Source of the DNA: an uncultured Chloroflexia bacterium
Lineage (GTDB): Bacteria; Chloroflexota; Anaerolineae; JAAYZQ01
Reading direction: 5' to 3'
Assembly: GCA_963700285.1 (NCBI GenBank)
Contig: CAVOXA010000010.1
Coordinates: 1,600,001 to 1,664,000, forward strand
Length of the DNA: 64,000 nucleotides
Part shown: positions 53,607-64,000 of the stretch, piece by piece
How positions within the stretch are numbered: position 1 is the stretch's first letter
How the letters are laid out: the number at the start of each line of letters is the position of its first letter
Translations under genes and position numbers: made by a program
Notes under the pieces: model-generated
What the model saw: only the letters and a program-made list of their open reading frames with translations
Told to the model about the DNA's origin: nothing
Databases searched by the model: none

Positions 53607-53828
53607 GGCCTCATTGTATGCCAATGGGTGGGTGGGGGAGTGGGCAGAGGAAGGCCATGAGGTTTAAAAGGGTCGGAGGCCCGGAGGCTGGGGTTCAGAC
53701 CGTCTCTGAGGTCGTGGAGAGCTCAGGATGATCGTACCAGATGCCAGAGGATGCCCAACATCGTGCTTATTAGAATTGAGGCCATCCTGTACGTCATGTT
53801 GGAGAATCGACAGGGAGGAGCTTGTGAA

Positions 53829-56800
53829 ATGAAAAAGCCGGGGAATCTCAGGAGATTCGTTATCGCCATGATGGTGATGGCCCTGTGTCTCACAGCTTTT
53901 GTGGCCGTAGGGGTAAGAACCCCCTCAGCAGCAGCGGGCATTCCGGTCCACGGTTCGCCTGGAGCGCCCATCGCGAACAACCCGATTGAGGTTGGCCGCG
54001 ATCCTCATGACCTGGCACTGCGGATTCTCGGCAGCGCCGCAGCAGGGACAAAGAAGTTTTCGTTCGATGGCGAGTACTATCAGGTTCATACGTTTACGCT
54101 AGAGGATGGGACTAGCGTTGATCAGATTGTCATCAATGGCCCGCCGACCCCTCCGGCTGGGATTGAGCGTAGTACCGTGATGCTACCTCAACCAGACCCG
54201 GTGGCGGGCGTCAACGTGTTGTCCAATGTACCTGCTTTCAATTGGTCTTTTGGTTGTTCGGCCACTTCTGCAGCAATGATTGCCGGATACTATGACAGAA
54301 CCTCGTATCCGAACATGTACACGGGACCAACGGACGGTGGGGTCATGCCCCTGGATAATAGGTTATTCCTTCCTGGCCGGATGTAGTCATAAATGGCGAG
54401 ACCAGGCATCAGTGTCCGTTGAGCGCAACTCGGCAAGGTCTCGATGGACGAAGCATTCGAGGCCATGTGAACGACTACTGGGTCAGGTACGGAAGCACCG
54501 ATCCCGATCCGTTCATGGGCAACTGGCCGGAACACTCGTATGGCGATTGCACCGGCGATTATATGAAAACCAATCAATACAACTATGACAATTTTGATGG
54601 TGCCACAACCTTCTGGAACTATACCAGTGGGTCTCCATGGCGTGGCACCTATACGAATGACGGTGGCTATGGCCTAGAGCTTTTCTATGAATCCAGAGGC
54701 TACACTGTTACCGACAGGTATAACCAATATATCAGGGGCCAGGGTAGTGATCCCTCATTGGGCTTCACCTACGATCAGTTCAAAGCAGAGATCGACGCTG
54801 GTCGACCGGTTATGATCCACGTCGTAGGTCACACCATGGTTGGGCTAGGCTATGATGACTCTACCCATCTTATGTATATCCATGATACCTGGGACTATAG
54901 CACCCACACCATGACCTGGGGTGGTTCATACAGCGGAATGGAGCACAAAGGTGTCACTATCGTCCAGTTGGCGGCAGCGCCCAGCCTGCCCGGTCCTTTC
55001 GGCAAGAGCAATCCAAACAACGGGGCACTCGGCCAACCGACAAACCTGACCCTGCAGTGGGGCAACAGCAACGGCGCCGCGAGCTACGAGTACTGTATCG
55101 ATACGTCCTACAACGGAGCTTGCGATGCAAGCTGGATCGACGTGGGCAATACGACGAGCGTCGTATGCCCTCGGAGCGGGTTGAGCATAAGCACCAGCTA
55201 CTACTGGCAGTGTGCGACGCGGCCGAAATTCGTCTGGAACCACCGAGGCTGACGGTGACGCATGGTGGGACTTTACGACCGGGGGCCAGTGCAGCGACCC
55301 CCACGAACCCAACGACACGGCAGGTCAGGCGAGTCCTATCAGCTACGGGCAGACGCTGACCGATCCCGGCATCTGCCCGGCCGGCGACGTGGACTATTAC
55401 ACCTTCTCCGGTGGTGCAGGGGATACCATCGTCGCCGACATCGATGCTTCGACCATCGGCTCCTCCCTCGATTCCTACCTCACCCTCTACGGCCCTGATG
55501 GCGTCAGTGTACTCGATCAGAACGACGACTATGAAGACCTCGATTCGCAGATCACATACAGCTTGCCCGCGGATGGGACATACTACTTGATGGTGCGGGA
55601 ATACAACCACCCAAACGACGGGGGAATAGGTTATTTCTACCATATCTCCCTGCACCGGAACCTACACGCCAACTGGACGTCGAGTGCCCCGAACCCGGAT
55701 GGGCAGATACTGCCTGGTGAGTGGGACAACGCGGCCAGCTACGACATTACGGTTGCTGGCGTTGTGAGCCAACGAGAAGCCGGCGCAGCAAGCAGGGCAT
55801 CACCCGAAATCCTGGCGCACGAGCGGCAACTGGACCTGGGACGGGCGGCGCCAGAGATCCCAGAGCTTGCCGTCACCCTATACGCCATGAACGACGCCGA
55901 CCACCTCTATCTGGCCATCGACAATCCCAACGACACGGGGGCAGATGAGTACGATCAGATGGGCCTGTACTTTGACGACAATCCGTTGCCGTCCGATGGG
56001 CAGTGGACGAACACGAGCTGCGGCAATCCGGATGGAGAAGGCAATTTCTGGGTCATGCCCTATGGAGTCGACTACCGCGAGTGGATCGAGGGTCCGGCCA
56101 CTTGCGAGGTAGTAGAGCCGGCGCCGGGAACCACCGGTGCCGTTGGCCATGTCAGCGGACACGCACAGGCAGAGGTCGCCATCGATCTGCCCGTGTCAGC
56201 GCTACGTGCTGCGCCAGGTGATGTCATCAACATGTATCTGTGGATCTACAATTCGGCCACAGGCCTGATTGATGGGAAGTGGCCTGAGGCCGCGGACTTT
56301 CAGAACCCTTCGACCTACGGGGCATTGACCCTGGCCAACCAGATTGATGCCTACGAACCAGACGATATCTGGGAGCATGCAACCTCGATCGAGGATGGGG
56401 TTCCTCAGACGCACAGCATTGTGCCGGTGGGTGATGAGGACTGGGTTACGTTCTCGCTGGCGGCGGAATCAGCCGTGGCCCTTGAGACATCGGGGCCCAG
56501 CGGGGACACCCGCATGTGGCTCTACGATAGCAATCTCGACCAACTCGAATACAGTGATGACGATGGGGACGGGCTATTCTCGTACATAGACCGGGTCTGC
56601 GGGACAGATGCGCTCGCTCCAGGCACCTACTATGTGCAAATCGACGAGTACAGTGATGACGGAGAGATCCCCACCTACGACATTGCTGTTGACGTTGTGC
56701 AGGTGTGCGACGGCGATGGTCACGCCTTGGCGCCTGGCTGGAACTTGTTAGCGCTGCGCCACGCGCCCCTGCCGGCTGCCGAGCCCGCGCTGGACGAGAT

Positions 56801-57917
56801 AGGAACTCAGGGCGGAGACGCTGACCTGGTGGCCCGCTGGCTCAGTGACAGCGATGTCTGGGAGAGCCATGCCAAGACACGACCATACAACAACTATTTG
56901 CTAGAGCTGGGTCAGGGTTACTTTGTCCGGGCCGCCGTAGCCAGTACCTGGGTACGCACGGGTCCCCCTCCTGCCGATCCAGCCCCGATGGATCTCGAAC
57001 CCATGTGGGCGCTAATCGGAATCCCCAAGCTGCCGGGTCCAATGACGGCCGCCGATCTGCTCGCCGAGGCCACAGCTCAGGGGGGCGCGTGCACAGAGAT
57101 CGACCGCTGGGATCAGCCTACCCAGACGTATGAATCTTTCGACAGCGGGATGCCCGGCACAGGCTTTGACCTGACGGAGGACGAAGGCTACTTTGTCAAG
57201 TGCGCCAACGCTATCACCTACACGCCTGGCGGAAGCGGCGCGCTGCAGCGGCCACCGTCGACCCAGGAGATCCCGGTGGGGCTGCCCGTACTGGAACCGG
57301 TCGCGGACCCGGCCATTTCTGACGTGCTGGTCACCAACCGCCGCGACGTGGCCCTCAGCATCACTTGGCGCACCGACCAGCCGAGCACCGGCTGGGTCGA
57401 GTATGGGGAAAAGACGGCCCTGGGCCAGACGGCCCACGACGACCTGGGCGAGGGGACCGTCTCACAGGTACACCACGTCACCCTCACCCGCCTGACACCC
57501 GAGACCACCTACTACTTCCGCGTGCATTCTGGAGAGACCGCAGACGATAACGACGGGGCGCTCTACAAGGTCACCACCAAGGAGACCGGCATGCCGCCCG
57601 TGCCGTACCTGGCCTATGGACAGGTGGAGACCGCTGACGGCCAGCCGGCGGCGGGGGCGCTGGTGCGGGTCTGGCTGGTGGATAAGGATGACAAGTCGTC
57701 TGAGCCGCTGTCGACGCTGGTCGACGGTTATGGCTATTGGTCGATGAGTCTACCCGTGGACCGGTGCAAGGACCTGGATGTGAGGTTGCAGGCCATTGGC
57801 CGGCAGGGCAGCGAGGCGGAGCTGACCCAGTCCGCGTGCGAGGTCAAGCCAGCGCCAACGGTCAAGCTGTCGGAAGAAGGGCCACTCAAGATCTACCTGC
57901 CTCTGATATTGCGTTAG
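53829..57917 (+). CDS. Large secreted papain-like cysteine peptidase (C10/C39-like) with PPC-like domains and shared C-terminal modules; frameshifts near 54365 and 55215
   Basis: Signal peptide; WSFGCSATS (Cys), GHTMVGLGY (His), IHDTW; HEPND/DVDYY and YEPDD/DEDW PPC-like domains; IYLPLILR. Confidence 0.75.
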
Positions 57918-58150
57918 GGGGTGTGCGCTGTAAGATAGACCCTGATCTGTTTCGCAAGCGCCAGGGCTGCTGGCGGGCATGTGGTGTGGTGAGCTGGCGC
58001 CTGCCAGCGGCTTTCTGAATTCGCGTACTGCAGATCCTCAGGCGTTGATGGCGTGGCGTCAGAGATCGCGAATCCTCGGGCTGAGCCTCTGAGCGGAGTC
58101 CAGGGTTGGGGTTCGACAAATCGCTCACTGCCGGGACCCTGTTCGGACGA

Positions 58151-58179
58151 TTGCATTGTTCGGCAAACGGTGATATAGT
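58151..58179 (+). promoter_or_regulatory. sigma70-type promoter
   Basis: TTGCAT-17 bp-TATAGT with TG extension. Confidence 0.5.
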
Positions 58180-58259
58180 ATCCGCGCTTCCGAAAAAGCG
58201 CGATCGCAGCCGCATGGCATAGCATTGAGGTTTGAAGGAGGTACGACACGAGAAGAGCA

Positions 58260-61085
58260 TTGGAGCTTCGCGGTTTGATGGTCCTGATTTGCCTGCTACT
58301 TGCCTTCCCGGTTCCGTCACTGGCGGCGGATGGTGAAGAAGAGCAGCGGCATGTCACGGCCGCTGCTCCCAGCGCGCCGGTGATCTCGGTCTGGTACGGG
58401 AGTCCTCAGACCTTTGGGACGCTGGGCGACCCTCAGCGACAGATCAATATCCTGGGCAACGTCAGTGGGGCCAGCACCTTGCACTATTCGCTGAACGGCG
58501 GCCCGGACATCGAACTGGCCATGGGTGGCGGGGGATCGGCAGCAGCGCTGGACGGGAGACACGGATCCTTCCAACCAGACGAGGGGGAGGACAGCATCAG
58601 CGTCCGGGGAGCATTGGGCGATCCGGGGCCGATGGCTCCTGCAGTGGCTGCCGCTCTGCTGGTCACCGACAGCCCCCGGCTGGTATCTGATGGAGATTTC
58701 AACATCGAGATCGACACTGGGGATCTCGAAGACGGCCAGAATACCGTGGCCATCAAGGCCAATGGTGACCAGACTATTGAGACCGTCACGGTAGACTATG
58801 CGGCAGGCAACGCCTGGCCGTTGCCCTACAGCATCGATTGGAGCGCCACCCCTGACATCCGCAGCGCCGTACAGGTGGTGGATGGCCAATGGGCCAAAGA
58901 TGGGGACAACATCCGCACCCAATCCACCGGGTACGACCGGATCGTGGCTCTGGGGGATATGGGCTGGGACGACTTTCAGGTGACGGTACCGGTCACCATC
59001 CACGACTTTCCCGATCCCAACGCCGGCGGCGTGGGCATTGTGGCCCGCTGGCAGGGTCACTTTCAGATCGACGATGAGCAGCCAGGCCGGGGCTGGTGGC
59101 AGATCGGGGCCTATGCATTCTACCGGAATCGGGACGCGCAGAACGGCGGTGCCGCGCTGTCCATCTTTACCGGACACTATGATCTCGAGAGGGACCAGAG
59201 CGGCTACGAGGTGCCCCTGAACACGCCCCACTATTTCAAGCTGCGCGCCCAGACCAAGGTCCCGGGCCAGAGCGGCTTCTACAGCTTCAAGGCGTGGGAG
59301 GTGGGCACGGCCGAGCCAGAGACGTGGACCTTTGAGATACAGGATGCTCCGCCCGACGAGATGTTCAACGGCTCCGCCCTGCTGGTGGCCCACGAGGCGG
59401 ACGCCAGCTTTGGCGACGTCGAGATCCTGCCGGTTCTCGACGTCGACGTAACCACCGTTGGCGATGGCTCGGTTCAGGTTGACCCAGAATTGACCGGCAT
59501 CTCCGACGCATACCTCTATGGCGACGCCATCGAGCTGGCGGCCACCGCCGATCCGGGCTGGATCTTTGCTGGCTGGAGCGGCAGCCTGTCCGGCGCAGAC
59601 AATCCGGCTTCCCTCACACTGGTCGACGACGCGGCCATCACGGCTACCTTTGTGCCGGATGACAGCGTTAGCCTGGTTGTTGGCATCACGGGCAGCGGCG
59701 ACGTGGCTCTCAACCCTGCCGGCGGGCTGTACGCCCCTGGCACGGTTGTCATACTGGAGCCCCAGCCCGAACCAGGCTGGCAGTTCGCCGGCTGGACCGG
59801 TGACGACGCGGCTGACCTGGTTAACCGGGGCGATGGCACCTGGGAAATCACCATGGACGCCGACAAGTCGGTCACCGCTCAATTTGGCATCGCCCATACC
59901 CTATTGACCGGTCTCAACCTGCTGGCGCCCAGGCTGGAGACCGACCCGCCGACCACCGCCGAAATGGCCCTGGATCAAATCCAGGCGCAGGGGGGCAGTG
60001 TTGGCATGTCATGCCTCTGGCAGAGCATGGCCGACCGGTGGGAATGCCATGCCAAGGAGCAGCCCTTCAACAACTTTGTCCTGGCTCCAGGACAGGGCTA
60101 CGCCTTCCTGGCCAATACAGGCAGCACCTGGACGCGCACCGGCACTCCGGTCGACAGCCCTGTGCCAGTCCAACTCGACCCTGTCTGGACCCTGCTGGGC
60201 CTGCCCAACCTGGGCGGACTTACCACGGCGGAAGATCTGCTGAATGATGCCAACGCCCAGGGTGGCGCCTGCACCGAAGTACACCGCTGGGCCGACGGCT
60301 GGTGGGACGGGCACGCCGCCGGCACGGGTCCGGGATTTGACCTGAGTAACGACCAGGGCTACTTTTTGAAATGCGCCAACACCATCACCTACACGCCGGG
60401 AGGCAGTGGATCGGCAGCCCGGGCAGCCGGCTGGCCGGACCCCGCGGAGCCAGAGGTCCTGGCGCCCGCCCCCGGCCCGGTCATCTCTGACGTGCAGGTC
60501 ACCAACCACCGCGACGTGGCGCTCAGCATCACCTGGCGGACGGAGCAGCCCAGCACCGGCTGGGTGGAGTACGGCGACACCCCAACCCTGGGCCAGACGG
60601 CTTACGACGACCTGGGCGAAAGGACCGTCTCGCAGGCGCACCAGGTCACGCTGACCGGGCTGACACCCGAGACCACCTACGACTTCCGCGTCCATTCCGG
60701 AGAGACGGTGGACGACAACGATGGGGCGCTCTACCAGGTCACCACAAAGGAGACCGGCATGCCGCCGGTTCCCGACCTGGCCCACGGTCAGGTTGAGACG
60801 GCCGATGGTCAGCCAGCCGTAGGCGCCTTGGTGCGGATTTGGTTGGTGGATGGGGACGGTAATCCGTCAGAGCCGCTGTCGACCTTGGTGGACGGCTATG
60901 GCTACTGGTCCCTCAACCTCCCGGTACAGGCGTGCAAGGACCTGGAGGTCAAGCTGCAGATTACCGGTCGCCAGGGCGGCGAGGCGTCGATGACCGTGCC
61001 GGGCTGCGAGGTCAAGCCCGCGCCCGCCGTCAAGCTGCCGGAGGAAGGACCTCTCAAGATCTACTTGCCACTGGTAGCGCGCTAG
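58260..61085 (+). CDS. Large secreted protein with lectin-like beta domain, InlB B-repeat-like units and shared C-terminal modules
   Basis: Signal peptide; PGWIFAGWSG/PGWQFAGWTG repeats; ISDVQVTNHRD module; IYLPLVAR. Confidence 0.8.
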   Translation: MELRGLMVLICLLLAFPVPSLAADGEEEQRHVTAAAPSAPVISVWYGSPQTFGTLGDPQRQINILGNVSGASTLHYSLNGGPDIELAMGGGGSAAALDGRHGSFQPDEGEDSISVRGALGDPGPMAPAVAAALLVTDSPRLVSDGDFNIEIDTGDLEDGQNTVAIKANGDQTIETVTVDYAAGNAWPLPYSIDWSATPDIRSAVQVVDGQWAKDGDNIRTQSTGYDRIVALGDMGWDDFQVTVPVTIHDFPDPNAGGVGIVARWQGHFQIDDEQPGRGWWQIGAYAFYRNRDAQNGGAALSIFTGHYDLERDQSGYEVPLNTPHYFKLRAQTKVPGQSGFYSFKAWEVGTAEPETWTFEIQDAPPDEMFNGSALLVAHEADASFGDVEILPVLDVDVTTVGDGSVQVDPELTGISDAYLYGDAIELAATADPGWIFAGWSGSLSGADNPASLTLVDDAAITATFVPDDSVSLVVGITGSGDVALNPAGGLYAPGTVVILEPQPEPGWQFAGWTGDDAADLVNRGDGTWEITMDADKSVTAQFGIAHTLLTGLNLLAPRLETDPPTTAEMALDQIQAQGGSVGMSCLWQSMADRWECHAKEQPFNNFVLAPGQGYAFLANTGSTWTRTGTPVDSPVPVQLDPVWTLLGLPNLGGLTTAEDLLNDANAQGGACTEVHRWADGWWDGHAAGTGPGFDLSNDQGYFLKCANTITYTPGGSGSAARAAGWPDPAEPEVLAPAPGPVISDVQVTNHRDVALSITWRTEQPSTGWVEYGDTPTLGQTAYDDLGERTVSQAHQVTLTGLTPETTYDFRVHSGETVDDNDGALYQVTTKETGMPPVPDLAHGQVETADGQPAVGALVRIWLVDGDGNPSEPLSTLVDGYGYWSLNLPVQACKDLEVKLQITGRQGGEASMTVPGCEVKPAPAVKLPEEGPLKIYLPLVAR

Positions 61086-61216
61086 GGGGCGGACCGGGTA
61101 GACGCCGAACCCTTCCGTGAGAACCAGGGCCGCAGGTGGGTACCGGGCAGATTAGGCCGGCGTACACCTGCGGCCTGCTGGATCCGCGCCCGGTTGTCCC
61201 CCTGTTTTTCCATCAA

Positions 61217-61284
61217 ATGGGGTGTTTTCCCGCCAAAAGGTAGGGTTTTACCCCATAGACAGGACGCCCCGTCTATGGTATCAT
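61217..61284 (+). promoter_or_regulatory. Promoter with conserved upstream operator block, copy 2
   Basis: atggggtgtttt...ccaaaaggtagggttt..cccca then TAGACA-17 bp-TATCAT. Confidence 0.7.
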
Positions 61285-61473
61285 AGATCCCAAGGTAGAT
61301 GGCCCGGGAGAACGCACCCTCATTGTCGAATCCCCCCCGGACCGCTGCCTGCTTGGGTGTGGAACAGAGCAGGCTGGACCGTAGCAGATCGCATCGTTCT
61401 CGACCGCCAGTCGCCGCGATTGTTGTACCGGTGAGAGGAGAGCCGCACAACCGATCAACTTCCAAGGAGGAAA

Positions 61474-64000
61474 ATGATGAATCGTCCCCATCGTTCCTGG
61501 CAAGCGGTGCTCAGCCTCTTTGCGGCTCTGAGCGTGGTCCTGACCGGCTTTCCGGTCCAGGCCGCCGTGCCGGCGGACATATCTGCGTGGTCGCCGGCAG
61601 TTCCCGACCTCATCGTGCAGGTGAGTACCGACACCGGTTACGACTACGATCCCGCCCTGGTCCAGGCGGCCGATGGCACGTTGCTGGCCGTGTGGTATTC
61701 CTACAGGTCCGGCTCTGCCGACCTCTGGTACAAGACCTCGGCTGACGATGGCGCCACCTGGTCCGCGGCCGGACAACTGGCCACGGATACCGGTTCGGAC
61801 TACAACCCGGCCATCGCCCGCGCCGCCGACGATACCCTGTGGCTGGTGTGGAGATCTTACGAATCGGGTAATTCTGACCTCTGGTTCAAGACGTCGACCA
61901 ACAACGGCGCCTCCTGGTCGGCGGCGACCCAGCTCACTACCGATCCGGCAGGAGACTATGATCCTGCTGTCACGGGCGCCGCCGACGGAACCATCTGGGT
62001 CGTCTGGTCTTCTGATCGCTCCGGGAACGACGAGATCTGGTACAAGACACGGAACCCCAGCACCGGCGTCTGGTCGGCTGACATCCAGTTGACCGCCGGC
62101 ACGGACTATAACTATGATCCCACGGTCGCCCAGGCGGCGGACGGCAAGATCTGGGTCGTCTGGGCATGGGACTGGGACGGGGTGCTGGCCTACCGGACCA
62201 CCTCGGACGGCGGCGCCTCCTGGTCGGCGGTGGCCGAGATCGACGGCGACTGCTGTCCCTGGGGGCCCAGCCTGGTCCGGGCCGGGGATGGCTCCCTGTG
62301 GCTGGCCAGTACTGACTACCCGCAGGTAGCCTACCAGACCAGCTACGATGATGGCGCGACGTGGTCCACCCGCCAGCCCTGGACCCGCTTCGTGGGCGGG
62401 GACCGGGATCCCTATCTGGCGGCGCTGGACGGTGGCAGGGTGGGGCTGGTCTGGAGATCGGAACGCAGTGGGAATGGCGACATCTGGTTCGGCATCTTTG
62501 GCGAGCGGGAGGATCTCAAACCGCCACCCTACGTGGACAGCCTCGAGCACGAGCCCGCCCACCCGGCGCCAGGCGAGGTGGTGACCCTCCGGGCCTACGC
62601 CGAAGACGAGACGGCGGTGACCAGCGTCCACCTCGTCTGGGATCTCAACAGCGCCCCGCAAGCAGACGTGGAGATGTATGACGACGGCGCCCACGGCGAC
62701 TATGGTGCTGGCGATGGCTGGTATGGGGTGCAGGCGGGACCCTTTGCCCTGGATGATAAAGTGAGCTATACCGCCCGGGCCAGCGACGGGGACGGCAACA
62801 CCTACACCCATCCCGGGTGGGAAAGCTTCGTGGTCGTCGAGCCCTTTGTCAAGACGGCGGATCTGCTGTTCGTACCGGACTATGACGGCGACAGCACGGA
62901 CTGGTTGCGGCCCTACTTTACGGATGCCCTGGACGATCTGGGCCGCGACTATGACCTGTGGGACACGGGGCTGCGAGGTGCGCCGGATGGCCTCATCCTG
63001 AACCAGTACGTGGATGGTCTCGTGATCTGGGCCGCCCCGGAGGACGGCTACTTCGAGCTTTGGGATGTGCAAGCTGACCTGATGGCCTATCTGGATGCCG
63101 GGGGCAGGCTGTTCATCACTGGCCAGGATATCGGCTACTATGAGCGCACCTCAGCCTTCTACCAGAACTACCTGCACGCCACCTACGTCCAGGACGATGC
63201 CAGCATCTGGAGCTTGAGCGGGTCTGGCGGCGATCCCATCGGTGACGGGCTGGCGCTGGCCATATCCGGTGGGGACGGGGCGGACAACCAGTACTATTCG
63301 GACGAGATCGACCCTGTCAGCCCGGCTGTGACGGTCCTGACCTACGACAGCCTGGCACTGCAGGGCCCGCGGGGCAGACGACAGAGCCCGGACGGGCCGG
63401 CCTGAGAGGCGGCCAGAAGACCCGCAGCGCAGAGGTGGCGATAGGCGACCGCAGTCAAGGGCCGGGTCGGCCGGAACGGCCGGCCCGCTGGCGACCATCT
63501 CCTCGGGCACCGCGGGCCTGAGGGTGGATACCGGCATCTACAAAGTCGTCTACTTTTCCTTCGGCTTTGAAGCCATCAACAGCGCCGCCGACCGCAGCAC
63601 GACCATGGAGCGGGTGCTGGCCTGGATCGAGGCTGATACGACTGTCCAGCCTGTCGTGCAAGTGAGCACCGACACCGATGACGACTACGATCCCGCCCTG
63701 GTCCAGGCGGCCGATGGCACGTTGCTGGCCGTGTGGTATTCCTACCGGTCCGGCACTGCCGACCTCTGGTACAAGACCTCAGGCGACGACGGCGCGACCT
63801 GGTCCACGGCCGGGCAACTGGCCACAGAAACCTACAGGGACTACGACCCGGCCCTGGCCCGCGCCGCCGACGATACCCTGTGGCTAGTGTGGCGCTCCCG
63901 TGAATCGGGCAACTATGATCTCTGGTACAAGACGTCGACCGACGACGGCGCCTCCTGGTCGGCGGCGACCCAGCTCACTACCGACCCAGGTCCGACTATG
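61474..64000 (+). CDS. Secreted BNR/Asp-box (sialidase-like propeller) repeat protein; frameshift near 63400; runs off the window
   Basis: Repeated TSxDxGAxWS Asp boxes; frame resumes SSGTAGLRVDTGIYKVVYFSFGFEA, then a second propeller copy starts at ~63654. Confidence 0.78.

Overview
GC-rich bacterial window. It is most likely from Chloroflexota (Anaerolineae-like), inferred from the recurrent C-terminal (I/F)(Y/F)LPL motifs, the GroEL tail and the gene repertoire. Scattered single-base frameshifts suggest imperfect long-read consensus. Layout: 1-10 kb NAD kinase, peptidases and a serine/hydroxypyruvate/glycerate cluster; 10-20 kb accessory region; 20-41 kb core genes (ABC permeases, tRNA-Asn, rpoD, dnaG, carD, infA, rpsU, mutS2, prsW, SLC13 transporter, CIRCE-groESL, LCP, fdhD); 41-49 kb decayed sulfatase/HAD island with an IS1182-like element; 49-64 kb large modular secreted proteins sharing C-terminal modules. 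The top candidate for an undescribed system is at 10.4-19.7 kb. A 4Fe-4S gene is followed by three displaced, synonymously diverged copies of its own 3' end. Each copy is joined to the same ~91-bp element, in two cases at an identical point within the gene, and toxin-antitoxin and other cargo lies between the copies. This looks like an integrase-less, integron-like stack of cassettes that insert into a protein-coding gene and swap its C-terminus. Other highlights: a ~300-nt structured leader before rpsU-infA-carD, orphan tandem NrdR-like boxes, and a duplicated promoter/operator module in front of the surface-protein genes. All protein family calls come from motif recognition by eye; no database searches were run.
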